Shown: in pieces, positions 14,481 through 26,419 of the stretch
How the letters are laid out: every line of letters starts with the position of its first letter
Numbering within the stretch: the first letter of the stretch is position 1
From: Podarcis erhardii
Lineage: Eukaryota
Length of the DNA stretch: 64,000 nt
Assembly: GCA_964252035.1 (NCBI GenBank)
Contig: OZ176204.1
Reading direction: 5' to 3' (one strand)
Notes under the pieces: generated by a model
What the model saw: only the letters and a program-made list of their open reading frames with translations
The model's database searches: none
What the model was told of the DNA's origin: nothing
Position numbers and translations under genes: made by a program

Positions 14481-14619
14481 TGTCAGTAAGGCATGAGACA
14501 CTTAATCTCAAGATCGTGGGTTCAAGCCCCACATTGAGCAAAAGGGTGCCTGCATTTCAGGGGGTGGACTAAATGACCCTCGTGGTCCCTTTCAACTCTA
14601 CAACTCTATGATTCTATGA
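14481..14619 (+). mobile_element. tRNA(Lys-CUU-like)-headed SINE with a CR1-type 3' tail
   Basis: Head GCATGAGACACTTAATCTCAAGATCGTGGGTTCAAGCCCCAC contains a B box. Tail GGACTAAATGACC...TTCAACTCTACAACTCTATGATTCTATGA. Confidence 0.8.
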
Positions 14620-14926
14620 AGCCAAACCTTTCATGACAACAACACCTGTGCGGCCAGTAATTTACTTCCAATATTCTCCTCTCTCTTCCTGGTCCACAAC
14701 CTTCAGCAGGAAGGAGTGATGAAGAAACCCACTTGTGCCCCAAAACCCTTCAGCTTCCTGCCCACAGTCTCACAGTCCTATACTATGGTAATTCAGACCA
14801 TCATAAATGTGAAGGACATGCTCACAGGCATGATCACAAATCAAGTTTAGGGAAGTTAAGCATGATAAGCCAGATTTCAAACTTCAGATTTACAATAAAT
14901 GACTCCAATCCACAAAAAGTCTAAAC

Positions 14927-15062
14927 CAGGCTTCCTCAACCTCGGCCCTCCAGATGTTTTGAGACTACAATTCCCAGCATCCCTGTCCACTGGCCCTGCT
15001 AGCTAGGGATCATGGGAGTTGTAGGCCAAAAACATCTGGAGGGCCGAGGTTGAGGAAGCCTG
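14927..15062. mobile_element. 136-bp hAT (Charlie-like) MITE
   Basis: Long TIRs CAGGCTTCCTCAACCTCGGCCCTCCAGATGTTT and its complement. TSD GTCTAAAC/CTCTAAAC. Same family as 60652-60787. Confidence 0.9.
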
Positions 15063-18000
15063 CTCTAAACCTTCCAATACTTCTCGATGACTAGGTTTTT
15101 ATTTTATTTCCTCCACACTAAAATACATGTTTCTGCCAGCACCAGTTATGACAGCAAAAAAAAATATCTTTTCACATTCATTAATTACATTCTTTCATTT
15201 TTCATTGTTAATAAATTAAGAAATTATAAATAGGAAAAACAAAAAAAGACAGTAAAACTTTAGCAGAGGGGTTACTAATCATTGAGCCCTGATGACATAT
15301 TTAATATGATACGGTTGGGCACAATGCAAAGTAAACTGCCTGGAGAGTGCTGATATGGATACTTAAACTCTATAAAATTATTACTTCTTACAGTATCATC
15401 AAAAATTGTAATTGAATTTCTTCCTGGATAAAATTATTATGCACTCCCACAGAGCCAAAATGCATGTTCTGTCGTAGAAGGAGTTGGTATTGACAAAGTC
15501 TTAAGATTAACACATTTTAGTGTCAATTGTCTGCTATATTTTCCCAAGGAAAACTAGTAACACCCCTTCCGACTAAGACAAACTTTCAACTTTAGAAGTA
15601 CAAGAGACAACAATTAGATACAAGAAGCAAATGAAAAAATGTTATGTGGCATTTTCATTTGGAGGAACAGGAAAAGAACAAATTACAATTTCCTGCCTCG
15701 TTTTACCTAAAATAAAATTCACTATATGTGAAATATCCAATTAATAAGAACTCATTTAAGAACACACGACACTAATATGGGCTAGTATTAAAAATGCCTT
15801 GCCATGTTGCAGGTTGTGGAGCTTCTTCTTCCTCAGTGTTTGATTTCCAGCTGAAATATGTGTACGTGTATAGACACATCCACCAGCTCTGTATTAAATC
15901 TGGGACACATGGTAAATGGGAGGGTGATCTCTGTGGTATCTGTTCTCAACAGAGTAGAGCAGAGTTCCCACCAGGTGCAACAGGGTGGATGGGGGACCAC
16001 ACAAAATACCTTGTGGTGCTCCATAAGCCAGTCATAAAAAAGTACTGTTTTAAGCTGTGCTACTGCCCTTGCATCCCATTTTTTGAGGTTGAAATAAACC
16101 CTTTTTAGGCAAATGCCTTCCACAGGTATGGAGAATGTGTAGGAGGGGAAATGAAACAGCATCTACTGACCCACCTCAACATCTGAAAAAGAGACAAATG
16201 CTCTCTACATTATCACAAATGCTGAACATTCAAAGATTCCCATCTGGGTGAAGAACCTATGGCAGGTTCTGTTTTCACATATCACATCCATCAGATAGAT
16301 ATTGGGGAACTCATGGATGACAGTCAATGTGGGATTAAAGGTAGAGATAAAGGTAGATCGGCAGTTTGAATCTGCGTGAAGGAGTGAGTTCCCGTTGCTC
16401 TGTCCCAACTTTTGCCAACCTAGCAGTTTGAAAGCATACCAGTGCATGCAGATAAATAGGTACTGCTGTGACAGGAAGGTAAACAATGTTTTCGTGTCCT
16501 TTGGCGCTTGTTATGGTGTTCCATGTGCCAGAAGCAGTTTAAGTCATGCTGGCCACATGACCAGGAAAGCTGTCTGCGGACAAACGCTGGCTCCCTCAGC
16601 CTCAGTGAGATGAGTGCTGCCTTTGACTGCACTTAACCATACAGGGGTCCTTTACCTTTAAAGGTAAGAGTCCCCTTCAATGTGTTTGCTGCACAAGAGG
16701 AGACAGTTAATTTGAAAAGGGCTCTAGTGACCAACTAAGTGGTCCCCTAGCGAGCATAACTATTATGAAAGGGTTTGAACCCTGGTTTTCCCCATCTTAG
16801 TAGGACACTCTACATACCACATCAGATTTCTCAATAGGACCAAAAGTAAGGTGCAAAGTGGGTCCCCCCCCCAAGGCCTCTGTTTCATGATGCCAGAAGT
16901 GCTTAGGCTCTGGTGCTCTGAAGCTGACAGGAACATTAGCACACCAGGGCCTGATTGCAATCCCAGACTGGTGTCTGAATGCTTACAAACTGAAATCATT
17001 CTTCTTCATAGAAACAATTTAGTTATAAAACAGAACCCACAGACACAATCCTCCATTATTATAGCCTACTACTGCATTTAAAGTTTAAAGTAACTGATGA
17101 GTTTTATATTTGTTTAAAAATATTCCATAACATACAGTGCTGGAAGACCCATACAAAGTTCAAAATGTTTACCCTTGCAGGCACTATATATAAATATGTG
17201 TGTTTGTGTGTACATGTATATATAATTTCTAGCTATCCTAGAGCAGCACGCTTATTAAACAAATGGTTTGCTGCAGTGACCTAATAAAAGTGGTAACAAT
17301 CACATGTGGGGTTTTTAATACACATATAACTCTCTCTTTTAAAAATCAAATTGTCAAAGCGTTCTTGCAGTTTGGAAATGGTTGGTTGGGAAATGTAGAA
17401 AGTGAAAATGAGTTTTTTACCTGAATATTGAAATCATTCATAATTCTACACTAAGCCTGCAAATTACGGAGGTTACATTCCACAGATCACATCTAAAGTC
17501 AAAATTGTGTAAAGTCAAAACCTATTGGATTAAATGGGAGATGGGATTGCCAATGTCTTTCATCCCAGAACCCTGCCTGTTTTATTTTATTTTTTAAAAA
17601 TGCTATGCACATAAGACTGAATACACACAAGTTAAATATTCATAAGTTGCAGGCTTAATGCATTTGGAAAATCTGCATGACATTGGTGAGATGCCAAGGA
17701 AAGGGTAAAGCAGTTTCCAAAATATAAAGACAGCAATTTTTCAAATGTTATTTTTATGAATGAAGCTAGTGCTATAAAACTATGGAAGCTATGGAATAAT
17801 AAAAACTGTGTTTTTGCAATAGTGCTTGTGCTTTACTTGATTTCACCAGATTAGCATATTTATGAGGTTACTTGCAGAGCCTCAAGGTTTAACCCACAAA
17901 TCAAAAGGTTTTTATCAGCGGGAGTAATAGATTACATGGAAGTCTGTGGCCTATCATATCCCAAAGGTACCCGCCTTTCATAACATTTATGTTTCTAGTG

Positions 18001-21000
18001 CTACTCTGTAGAAATCCCATTTTGTGATCTTTGCATGGCACCAATTCCATCTGTACTTCGTTGAACATCCAAACCAGGTTTCCCTCAGCAGATCATACAG
18101 GCTCATTCTTGTAGCACCTGCCTTTGTCTTGATCAGCCATTGATAATACCATGAAAAACAGAGATGCGCACAGTCTCTCTCGTTGGCATAGTCAGGATAT
18201 TTCAATCAAATGAGAACCAAAAGTATATTTTTATATAAACATTATGACCACCATACTCATCTTGTAAATCCAGTGAAACTATTTTGATAAGGAAAACTTC
18301 ATGCTGGACAGACAAGTTTTCATTAGTACAGCTCAGTGATGGCCTTACTATTAAGAAGAGTGAGGCAACTGCGCCTGGCAATTAATTTAAGGTGCTATGA
18401 AAGGGAAGCTTTTTATTATTATTAAAAATAATATTTGCAAATGAAACAACAAAGTAAAATACACCATAAAATAGTCATAAAGGCAAGGAGAATAAAAGTA
18501 CATGCTTTTTTAAAGTTAAAAAATGAATAATATAAAATATATTCTATAGTGGGATACAAGTTTCATATTTAAACAAAATTTATCAAGTATTCATAAACCT
18601 CACCAGATAAACTAATATTTAGTAGCAATGTGACAACCATGAAATTGCTTGGTCATATAAATCCCAAACAGCCCCCAAACAGATCCAATGTCTGAGGGGT
18701 CCATGCTGCCCCTGGCAACATGTATCTCATGGGTCACTTATTCAGAGATAGCAATAAACACAACTTTTTAAAACCCTAAGTCCAAAGAGTAACAAGTTGC
18801 ATCCTTCAATCCTTGAGAAATCACCAAATGAGCGGCGACCAGAAGATATAAAATTCCTGACAAATAATATTGACATTAGCACCATCAAAAATGAATAAAA
18901 GACATAATTTCGGATCCAAAGTGACCTGTTTGCCAATAACAATACTAATTTCTGTTATAACATGGCAGGAGTTAAGAGTTCAACAGCATCTGGAGGGCCA
19001 TAGCTTCCTCATACCTGTCATACAGGATCTTGCACAGACCATTGCACCCAGCTGTCATCAAAAGCACCATACATTTGATAAACAATGAGTGTGGGGAAGC
19101 AGGTTATATTATCATGTCACCTGGAATTTTGTAAAGCAAGTCTTAATCTATGTGAGAGATTGGGTCTTATTTTACAGAAGAAGGTGTGGCATACAGCTAG
19201 AGAACACGAGAGAAGACTCAAGAGAACAAAGGTAACTTTCTATTCCTCTGGCTGAAGTGAGGAATAGTAAAAAAAGCAACGTCCACAGCAGCATTTCCTT
19301 ATGAGATGGGAAACGATAGGTCACTCAAAAGTTTGGGATGGTTACATGGGTTGCTAGCATCCTAGAGGAAAAGCCTAGGAGATGGTGAACAGCAATGGTT
19401 GCTGACTGTTCCTAAAATGCTATCTTCTTTTACTCCTTTCTCTCACTACTTTGAAATAGGCTTATGGAAAAAAAACAGCCTGATAGCAGGATAGTGATCT
19501 GGCTGTGTACTCCAAACTAGTCCTTCCTTTAAAGGATCGCTGTGTGGATAGTTGAGAGCATTCTCCTCAGCTTGTTATCATACTCAGGAAAAGTCATTCA
19601 CAATTTAATTCTAGTTTACCTGCCTGCATCTTTTCTTGCAAAGCATGGCAAACTGCTCCCTCTGCTAGTTTTATAATCCCATGGTAAACAAACACTGTAC
19701 TTAAATAAGGGTGAACGCTAGAACAAGTACTTTAAAATTATTTATATGTATACCTGAATGTTACTGCCTTTTATTTGAGAACCCTGGCATTTTCTTATGT
19801 TCCTTAATTCATAAAGAGGTGGGAATATTTTATGTAGCCCCTTAGGGGAAATGTCAAATACATTAACTTGAGAGTCTGGTAACCTGAGATGCTCTTCTTA
19901 ACATAACCTCTGATTGAAAGATGCCAGAACATCACCACAGCAATTCAAGGAATTGTAATATAGCACTTCATCGCGCTTCACACATATTCATAACAGTCCC
20001 ATTGAAATTTCAGAAGTGTATTTTCAGTACTTCTACAAGATATGGAGTTCTCTCTTTGTAACTAAGGGGGATTTATATTCATGCTTAATAGTCCCTTCAT
20101 GATATGATTTTTCCCCCACACATGGATTTATTCTGTTTGCAAGCTGCTGTTTTAATTAAGGAAACCATTTGCTATTTTCACAGCAAACTCCATGGCCTGA
20201 ATGATGGGATCTTGTCGAGGGAAAAGGATGTACTTCCAGTGTCCAAGAACTGCAGGCTTTCAAGTTGCAAAACCTCTCAGTCAGGAATGGGGAAACACGC
20301 TTTATTGATCTGTGACTGCAGACACTTGCTCCCAAATATACCTGTGGTATATTTAGGGTCAACTGCCTGTACTATAGGAATATGGGGTGAAACAGTGAAA
20401 CACAAAATGGGAGGGGTCATGACTTCCATTCCAAGAGCTATGAGGTCTGCTTCACAGCTGTAAGGAAGGATGCAGCATGGATCATGATGTTTCATCATAG
20501 CACAAAGCCAAATGACTACCCATGCATTCAAGCCCAATTTGTGACATACATAATCAGAAAATATAGGGACAGGGTGGTTTCAATTTTTGCATTTTCCCAT
20601 AAACGTAATAAAATGCATTTTTCTTTCAATTCAAAAGCTTGTTGTATGCAGTGAAGTCATCCCATTAGCACAAGGTCTTCTGCCTGCACCATGAGGCTTC
20701 CTTTTCCTCTCTTCTTCCTGTGCACCCTTTCAAACAAACACTCAAATCTGTTTTGTGGGCACCCTCAACCTTCTGGAGTAGTTCGAGGGGGCATGTAAGA
20801 AGAGCAGAGGAAGAGGAAGTCCCATTGCAAAGACAGAAGTCCTTGTCGTAACAGGACAAATTTGTTGGCTACAATTCTACATTTTAAATACAGGCAACCC
20901 CCCATATACATGGGGGTTATGTTCTGAGGCAACGTGAGCATCAGTGAAATCACATATATTTGAAACACCATTGAAAAAGACTGCAGACACGCTGCTCCAC

Positions 21001-21920
21001 CCCCACCATTTTGTGATGTTTTGTGACATTTTTGGGTCACTTGCTGGTTTGGAGTGATGTGTGTATGTGTGGCCACACACATACTGAACGCATATAAATG
21101 GGGGGGTTAGCCTTATATTCTTTATTGGTTGTACAGTCTGTTGAAAACCATTAGCATTAGCTTTTCAGTTCTTAGTGTTTGTACTCTCAGAAGACAGGCC
21201 TACATTTTGCCAAAGCATCTTGTTCATTACAAGTATTATCCCTGTGAGACATATGTAATTTGAACCTTCCAGAACCCTATGATATATAAACAGTAGTAAC
21301 TTTCCTTCCTTGCCATATTAAAATCCCACAAACCAAAACACTTCTCTACAAGCCATGCACTTCCTTGAAAATCAATTATTTCTACCTACAGCCTTAATGG
21401 AAAATGCATCCTATGAAAAGTAAACTATCTACATATCACAGTGCTACAAATCAACACACCAATTATTTCTGCACATTTGTTTACATTTCCCAAAGCATCA
21501 GAATGTTGTAAAGGAAAAACTATTTATTTTCACTTCTGCTTATGTTCAATAATTATTGATCATTTTTCTCATTTCACATTTTGTGTTTTGGGGGGCAGGG
21601 GAGCAAATACGCAAATGTCAAAAAAGAAAATCGAACGTCGGCTATGAATCATATTCATATATATTCAATTTAAAAAAACCTTTGATGCCCTTTCTTTTTA
21701 TGACCTAAAAGACCCAGAGAAAGACTTCAGTGTTTTTCCCCCTACAGTGTATTTCATATTCTTGCATCATTCCTCCCCTATACATGGTTAAACAACCCTG
21801 AAAAGACTTTGAGCATTTTTTACACCCCAACATGAATCAAAGACATCAGAACTCAGGTACATTTGCAGGTCAATCATTTGATTACAATATTATCAAATGC
21901 AGATTTTGCAAAATGAATGA

Positions 21921-22837
21921 CTCCCCTGCTCGCATGGCGAACCTATTTGGGCTCATCCGCGAAAACTGATGGATCCTGATAGATTCCAACAAGCCTTGCG
22001 GGACCCTGCTCCTCCTGGCGACTCATTAGATGACCTTGTTGAGGACTGGAATAACCGGCTCTTGGCAGCCATTGATGAGATTGCACCTAAGCGCCCTCTG
22101 CGACCCCGTCGAAACCGGGCCCTTTGGTTTACTGAGGAGCTCCGGAAAATGAAGCGGCTAGAGCGAGTATGGCGACGGACTCGTGACGGAGCCTCCAGAA
22201 CATCTTATAGGACGCTTATGAAAGCCTATGAGATGGCTATGAAAGCTGCTAAGAAATCTTACTTTGCAGCTTCCATTGCATCCGCTAGCTCTCGCCCGAC
22301 ACAACTTTTTAGAATAATTAGATCAATAACGTCCTTACGAGGACAACCAAATTTAAGCACAAATTCGACCCACAACTGTGAGGCATTCGCGAACTTTTTT
22401 TGCGGAGAAAGTCCTGTTGCTCCGCCGTGACCTCCCTGCCAATTTAGATACAATGACTGAACTGGAGGCCCCTCGACTGACTTCAGGTCCAGTGTTGGAC
22501 CATTTCGATTGAATACTCCCTGCTGATGTGGATAGATTCCTCCAAGTTAGTAGGCCCACCACCTGCCTCCTTGATCCGTGCCCGTCTTGGCTGATTAGGG
22601 AGTGTCCAGATGTTGCGCAGACCCCCCTGGTTGAAATTATCAATTTGTCCCTTGACACAGGGACATTCCCAGGGGAACTGAAGGAAGCAGTGGTATGTCC
22701 ACTCTTAAAGAAAACTTCATTAGATCCCTTAGACCTATCCAATTACCGCCCAGTTTCAAATCTTCCATATCTGGGTAAGGTAATTGAGAGAGCGGTTGCT
22801 GAACAGCTTGGTAGGTTTCTGGAGGAAACATTGGCTT
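21921..22837 (+). mobile_element. L2-clade LINE, 5' part (5'-truncated ORF2), interrupted by the L1 composite
   Basis: Peptides RPTTCLLDPCPSWL and DLSNYRPVSNLPYLGKVIERAV. The reading continues after the L1 at 33412 (LDPFQSGFRPGFGTETAL). TSD GAAACATTGGCTT at 22825-22837 and 33412-33424. Confidence 0.9.
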
Positions 22838-22840
22838 AAG

Positions 22841-23166
22841 GACTTCCGGTCAGCGCCAGCGATTAATGGCGGACTTCTCCCGGAGCTCCGAGAGAAGTCT
22901 GCTCCGCGGGTTCGGGTCCTGCCGCTACGGCAAAGCGGGGACCCTCAGAAATTGCAGGCAGTGAAGCCTGCAAACAAGGAGGCTCGGCGGGTGCCTTAGG
23001 GGTCTCCCCAAACCATGAAGGAGCCTTTTTAAAGGCTTCGGAACGGCGCAGGGGGAGCGCGGCACTGAGAGCTGTCACCCAGTCTGTGGAGCGAAGCCGC
23101 ATCGCCATTATCGGAGAGCGCTGATTTCTTCCTGCAAATTGGATCCAAAAACAACTACTCGTGAGT
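22841..23166 (+). promoter_or_regulatory. CpG-rich L1 5' end: probable internal Pol II promoter and structured 5' leader
   Basis: ETS-like ACTTCCGG at the start, YY1-like AATGGCGG at 22865-22872, GTGAGT donor-like motif at 23161. Homologous to 44183-44515. Promoter role is inferred by analogy to mammalian L1. Confidence 0.65.
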
Positions 23167-23244
23167 AGGACTAAAAAGCGTAATTGGACTTAAGAATTTT
23201 ACAAATTCCGTCACGGGAAAAGGTACAAAAAGGAAGTCTGCCTT

Positions 23245-26200
23245 GGGAAACTGCTAGCATAGCAGTTGAAAAAAAGACAAAAATTAAATATAGTTACAAA
23301 TCTAGAGATTGAAGGGAGAATTGTTCAGAAACCCGAGGAAATTAGAAAGTGTTTCCAGAGATATTTCAAAGAACTTTATGCACAAGGGCTGCAGAAAGAG
23401 TTTGAGGTGGATCAATATGTCAAAACCAATGGATTACAAAAAATACCCCAGGAAATGAGAACAATCCTGAATGGTAAAATTACACGGCAGGAAATCGAAA
23501 GTGTCATACAGAACCTCCAACTAGGCAAATCTCCAGGCCCTGATGGACTTACCTCCAAATATTACAAGGTTTTGAAGGACTACTTGATACAACCCTTGAT
23601 GGAGGTCTGTAATCAGATTATGGAGGGGAGGAAGGCACCGGAAACGTGGAAAGAAGCTTTCATCACATTGATACCTAAACTAGAAACTGAAAAGACCCAA
23701 CTTAAGAACTACCGTCCCATCTCACTCCTAAATGTGGATTATAAAATCTTTGCGGACATTTTGGCAAATAGATTTAAAAAAGTCCTTAATGAAGTGATCC
23801 ATAAGGACCAGGCAGGCTTTCTCCCTGGTAGGCATTTGTTTGATAACACAAGAAACATCATCGACATTTTGGAACTTTTACAAACAAATCTTAACAGTAG
23901 AGCGGTGTTAATATTTATTGATGCGGAGAAAGCCTTTGACAACATTTCTTGGATGTTTATGAAGAAAAATTTGGAAGGGATGGGAGTGCGACGGGGGTTT
24001 GAAAATGGAATAGAAGCAATTTATTCAGAGCAAAAAGCTAAATTGATTGTTAACAATGTGGTGACAGAGGAGTTCAAAATAGAAAAAGGGACACGACAGG
24101 GGTGCCCCCTATCACCTCTATTATTTATTTCAGTCCTGGAGGTGCTATTGAACATGATCAGAAAGGACCGGTTGGTACAAGGAATCGAGGTCGGAGTGAA
24201 ACAATACAAACTGAAAGCATTTGCAGATGACTTGGTATTAACATTACAGGAGCCAGTCTCTAGTTCTAAAAGAGTTTTAGAATTAATTTCTGATTTTGGT
24301 CGAGTGGCGGGATTCAAGTTGAACAAACAAAAGACTAAGGTTTTAGCAAAAAATTTGACATCTACAGAAACAGATGAGTTCCTGAAAGAGACAGAATTAA
24401 ATGTGGTTAAAAAAGTGAAATACCTAGGGGTGTATCTGACCTCCAAAAATTTGAATTTGTTTAAAGATAATTATGAGAAATGTTGGTCAGAAATTAAACG
24501 AGACATGGAAATTTGGTCAAGATTGAAACTTTCCTTGTTAGGTCGAATAGCAGCTATAAAGATGAATGTATTGCCGAAAATGTTATTATTGTTTCAGACC
24601 CTACAGATCGTGGACAAGGTGGAATGTTTTGGAAAGTGGCAGAAGGATATTTCTAAGTTTGTTTGGCAGGGCAAAAAGCCCCGAATAAAGTTTAAAATTT
24701 TAACTGATGCGAAAGAAAGAGGGGGATTTGCCCTGCCAGACTTGAGGTTATATTATGAATCTGCAGCCTTCTGCTGGATGAAAGATTGGATTTTGCTGGA
24801 GAACACTGATGTCCTAGATCTGGAAGGGTTTGATAATGCTTTTGGGTGGCATGCATATTTGTGGTATGACAAGGTTAAAGTTCATAAACTGTTTAAAAAC
24901 CATATTGTTAGAAGAGCAATTTTTATGGTCTGGACAAAATACAAAGACTTATTGGAAAGTAAGACCCCGAGGTGGCTTTCACCGGTGGAGGCCAAGGCAC
25001 GTAAGAGACTCAATATGGAGGCCTATTGGCCAAAATATTGGGAAATAATTGAAAAAATTGGAGACAATTGGAGGTTACAGAGCTTGGAAAAATTAAAAAA
25101 CAAGGTGCGAGATTGGTTGCATTATGCCCAAATTCAGGAGGTTTTTAAAGTGGACAAAAAGGTGGGATTCCAGGTGGAAAAATCGAAATTAGAGACAGAA
25201 TTGTTAGAACCAAAAAATAAACTGCTCTCCAGAATGTACAACTTGCTGCTTAAATGGAACACACAGGACGAGATAGTCAAATCCGCCATGATAAAGTGGG
25301 CACAGGATATTGGACACAACATTATGTTTGAAGACTGGGAAAGGTTATGGAACACCGGAATGAAATTCACGGCATGTAGTGCCTTGACGGAAAATATTAT
25401 GAAAATGATATACCGGTGGTACATGACCCCAGTCAAGCTTGCTAAGATATATCACCTGTCTGATAATAAATGTTGGAAGTGTAATGAGGCGGAAGGGACA
25501 TTCTTTCACCTCTGGTGGACATGTCCGAAAGTGAGGGCCTTCTGGGAGATGATTTATAATGAGCTAAAAAAGGTATTTAGATATACCTTACCTAAGAAAC
25601 CGGAGGCCTTTCTTCTGGGCATTGTAGACCAGAATGTGTTAAAGAAGGATAGAACCTTTTTTATGTATGCTACTACTGCAGCAAGAATTCTCATCGCAAA
25701 GCATTGGAAGACACAAGATTTACCCACGCTGGAGGAATGGCAGACGCAGTTGATGGACTATATGGAATTGGCTGAAATGACTGGCAGAATCCGAGACTTG
25801 GGAGAAGAAGCAATGGAAGAGGACTGGAAAAAATTTAAGGACTATCTACAAAAACATTATAAGTTGTATGAATGCTAAGAAAATGCACCTTTTAGGAAAT
25901 CTTAGCCCCAGCAATAGCAATTAGGTGAAATGAAAATTAAGGTACAAGAAATTTGAGGTGGAATTAGGAAATAATTTTATTGTGTTTTAATTAAAATATA
26001 TAAGAATTGGTGTACAATATTTGGAATTTGATAACATGATAAATTGAAAGATACAATAAGTTATGAAATAAGATGACAAATTGCTGAAGTTTGTATTATA
26101 AATAATGCAAGGTCTGGAGGATGTGGGGAAGTCCAGTAGATTTGATAAAAGGATTACGGAAATTTGAAACTTTTATATTCTTTTTCTTTTATCTGTTTTT

Positions 26201-26272
26201 CTTTTCTGTATCTCTGTATCCTGTAAAATTAATAAAAATATTTTTAAAAAAATAAAAAAACAAAAAAACAAA
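23245..26272 (+). mobile_element. 5'-truncated L1 nested in the 5' UTR of the outer L1
   Basis: 20-bp TSD ACAAAAAGGAAGTCTGCCTT at 23225-23244 and 26273-26292. Patterned A-rich tail. Confidence 0.93.
23266..25878 (+). CDS. L1 ORF2 fragment (RT and C-terminal CCHC, EN lost by truncation), 870 open codons
   Basis: KSPGPDG, NYRPISLLNVDYK, DAEKAFD, GTRQGCPLSP, FADD, YLG, CWKC...HLWWTC. The start codon is only an ORF-caller artefact because the element is truncated. Confidence 0.9.
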   Translation: MKKRQKLNIVTNLEIEGRIVQKPEEIRKCFQRYFKELYAQGLQKEFEVDQYVKTNGLQKIPQEMRTILNGKITRQEIESVIQNLQLGKSPGPDGLTSKYYKVLKDYLIQPLMEVCNQIMEGRKAPETWKEAFITLIPKLETEKTQLKNYRPISLLNVDYKIFADILANRFKKVLNEVIHKDQAGFLPGRHLFDNTRNIIDILELLQTNLNSRAVLIFIDAEKAFDNISWMFMKKNLEGMGVRRGFENGIEAIYSEQKAKLIVNNVVTEEFKIEKGTRQGCPLSPLLFISVLEVLLNMIRKDRLVQGIEVGVKQYKLKAFADDLVLTLQEPVSSSKRVLELISDFGRVAGFKLNKQKTKVLAKNLTSTETDEFLKETELNVVKKVKYLGVYLTSKNLNLFKDNYEKCWSEIKRDMEIWSRLKLSLLGRIAAIKMNVLPKMLLLFQTLQIVDKVECFGKWQKDISKFVWQGKKPRIKFKILTDAKERGGFALPDLRLYYESAAFCWMKDWILLENTDVLDLEGFDNAFGWHAYLWYDKVKVHKLFKNHIVRRAIFMVWTKYKDLLESKTPRWLSPVEAKARKRLNMEAYWPKYWEIIEKIGDNWRLQSLEKLKNKVRDWLHYAQIQEVFKVDKKVGFQVEKSKLETELLEPKNKLLSRMYNLLLKWNTQDEIVKSAMIKWAQDIGHNIMFEDWERLWNTGMKFTACSALTENIMKMIYRWYMTPVKLAKIYHLSDNKCWKCNEAEGTFFHLWWTCPKVRAFWEMIYNELKKVFRYTLPKKPEAFLLGIVDQNVLKKDRTFFMYATTAARILIAKHWKTQDLPTLEEWQTQLMDYMELAEMTGRIRDLGEEAMEEDWKKFKDYLQKHYKLYEC

Positions 26273-26419
26273 ACAAAAAGGAAGTCTGCCTTTTCGATCT
26301 GTAGACACAGCAAAGCAAAGAGACTGCTAAACTGTAACCTTTGAAGACTGCTTTTGGTTAAAACAAAATAAAAAAATTCCTTCCAGTAGCACCTTAAAGA
26401 CCAACTGAGTTAGTTCTAG

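Noticed and set aside
14490-14545. tRNA-Lys-like sequence
   Set aside because: Degenerate and fused to a CR1-type tail, so it is a SINE head and not a tRNA gene.
15794-16632. Cluster of overlapping 70-110-aa ORFs on both strands
   Set aside because: No recognisable domain or splice structure. A faint MADF-like impression was not convincing.
17987-18205. 72-aa Trp/Cys-rich minus-strand ORF
   Set aside because: No homology recognised and no flanking splice sites.
18800-18900. Plus-strand peptide ILEKSPNERRPEDIKFL resembling a RapGEF/CNBD helix
   Set aside because: It runs into a stop within 12 codons and has no donor, so it is likely chance.
20891-21110. Tigger-like TA-CAGGCAACCCCC start
   Set aside because: The opposite TIR is only partly visible, so the ends cannot be supported.
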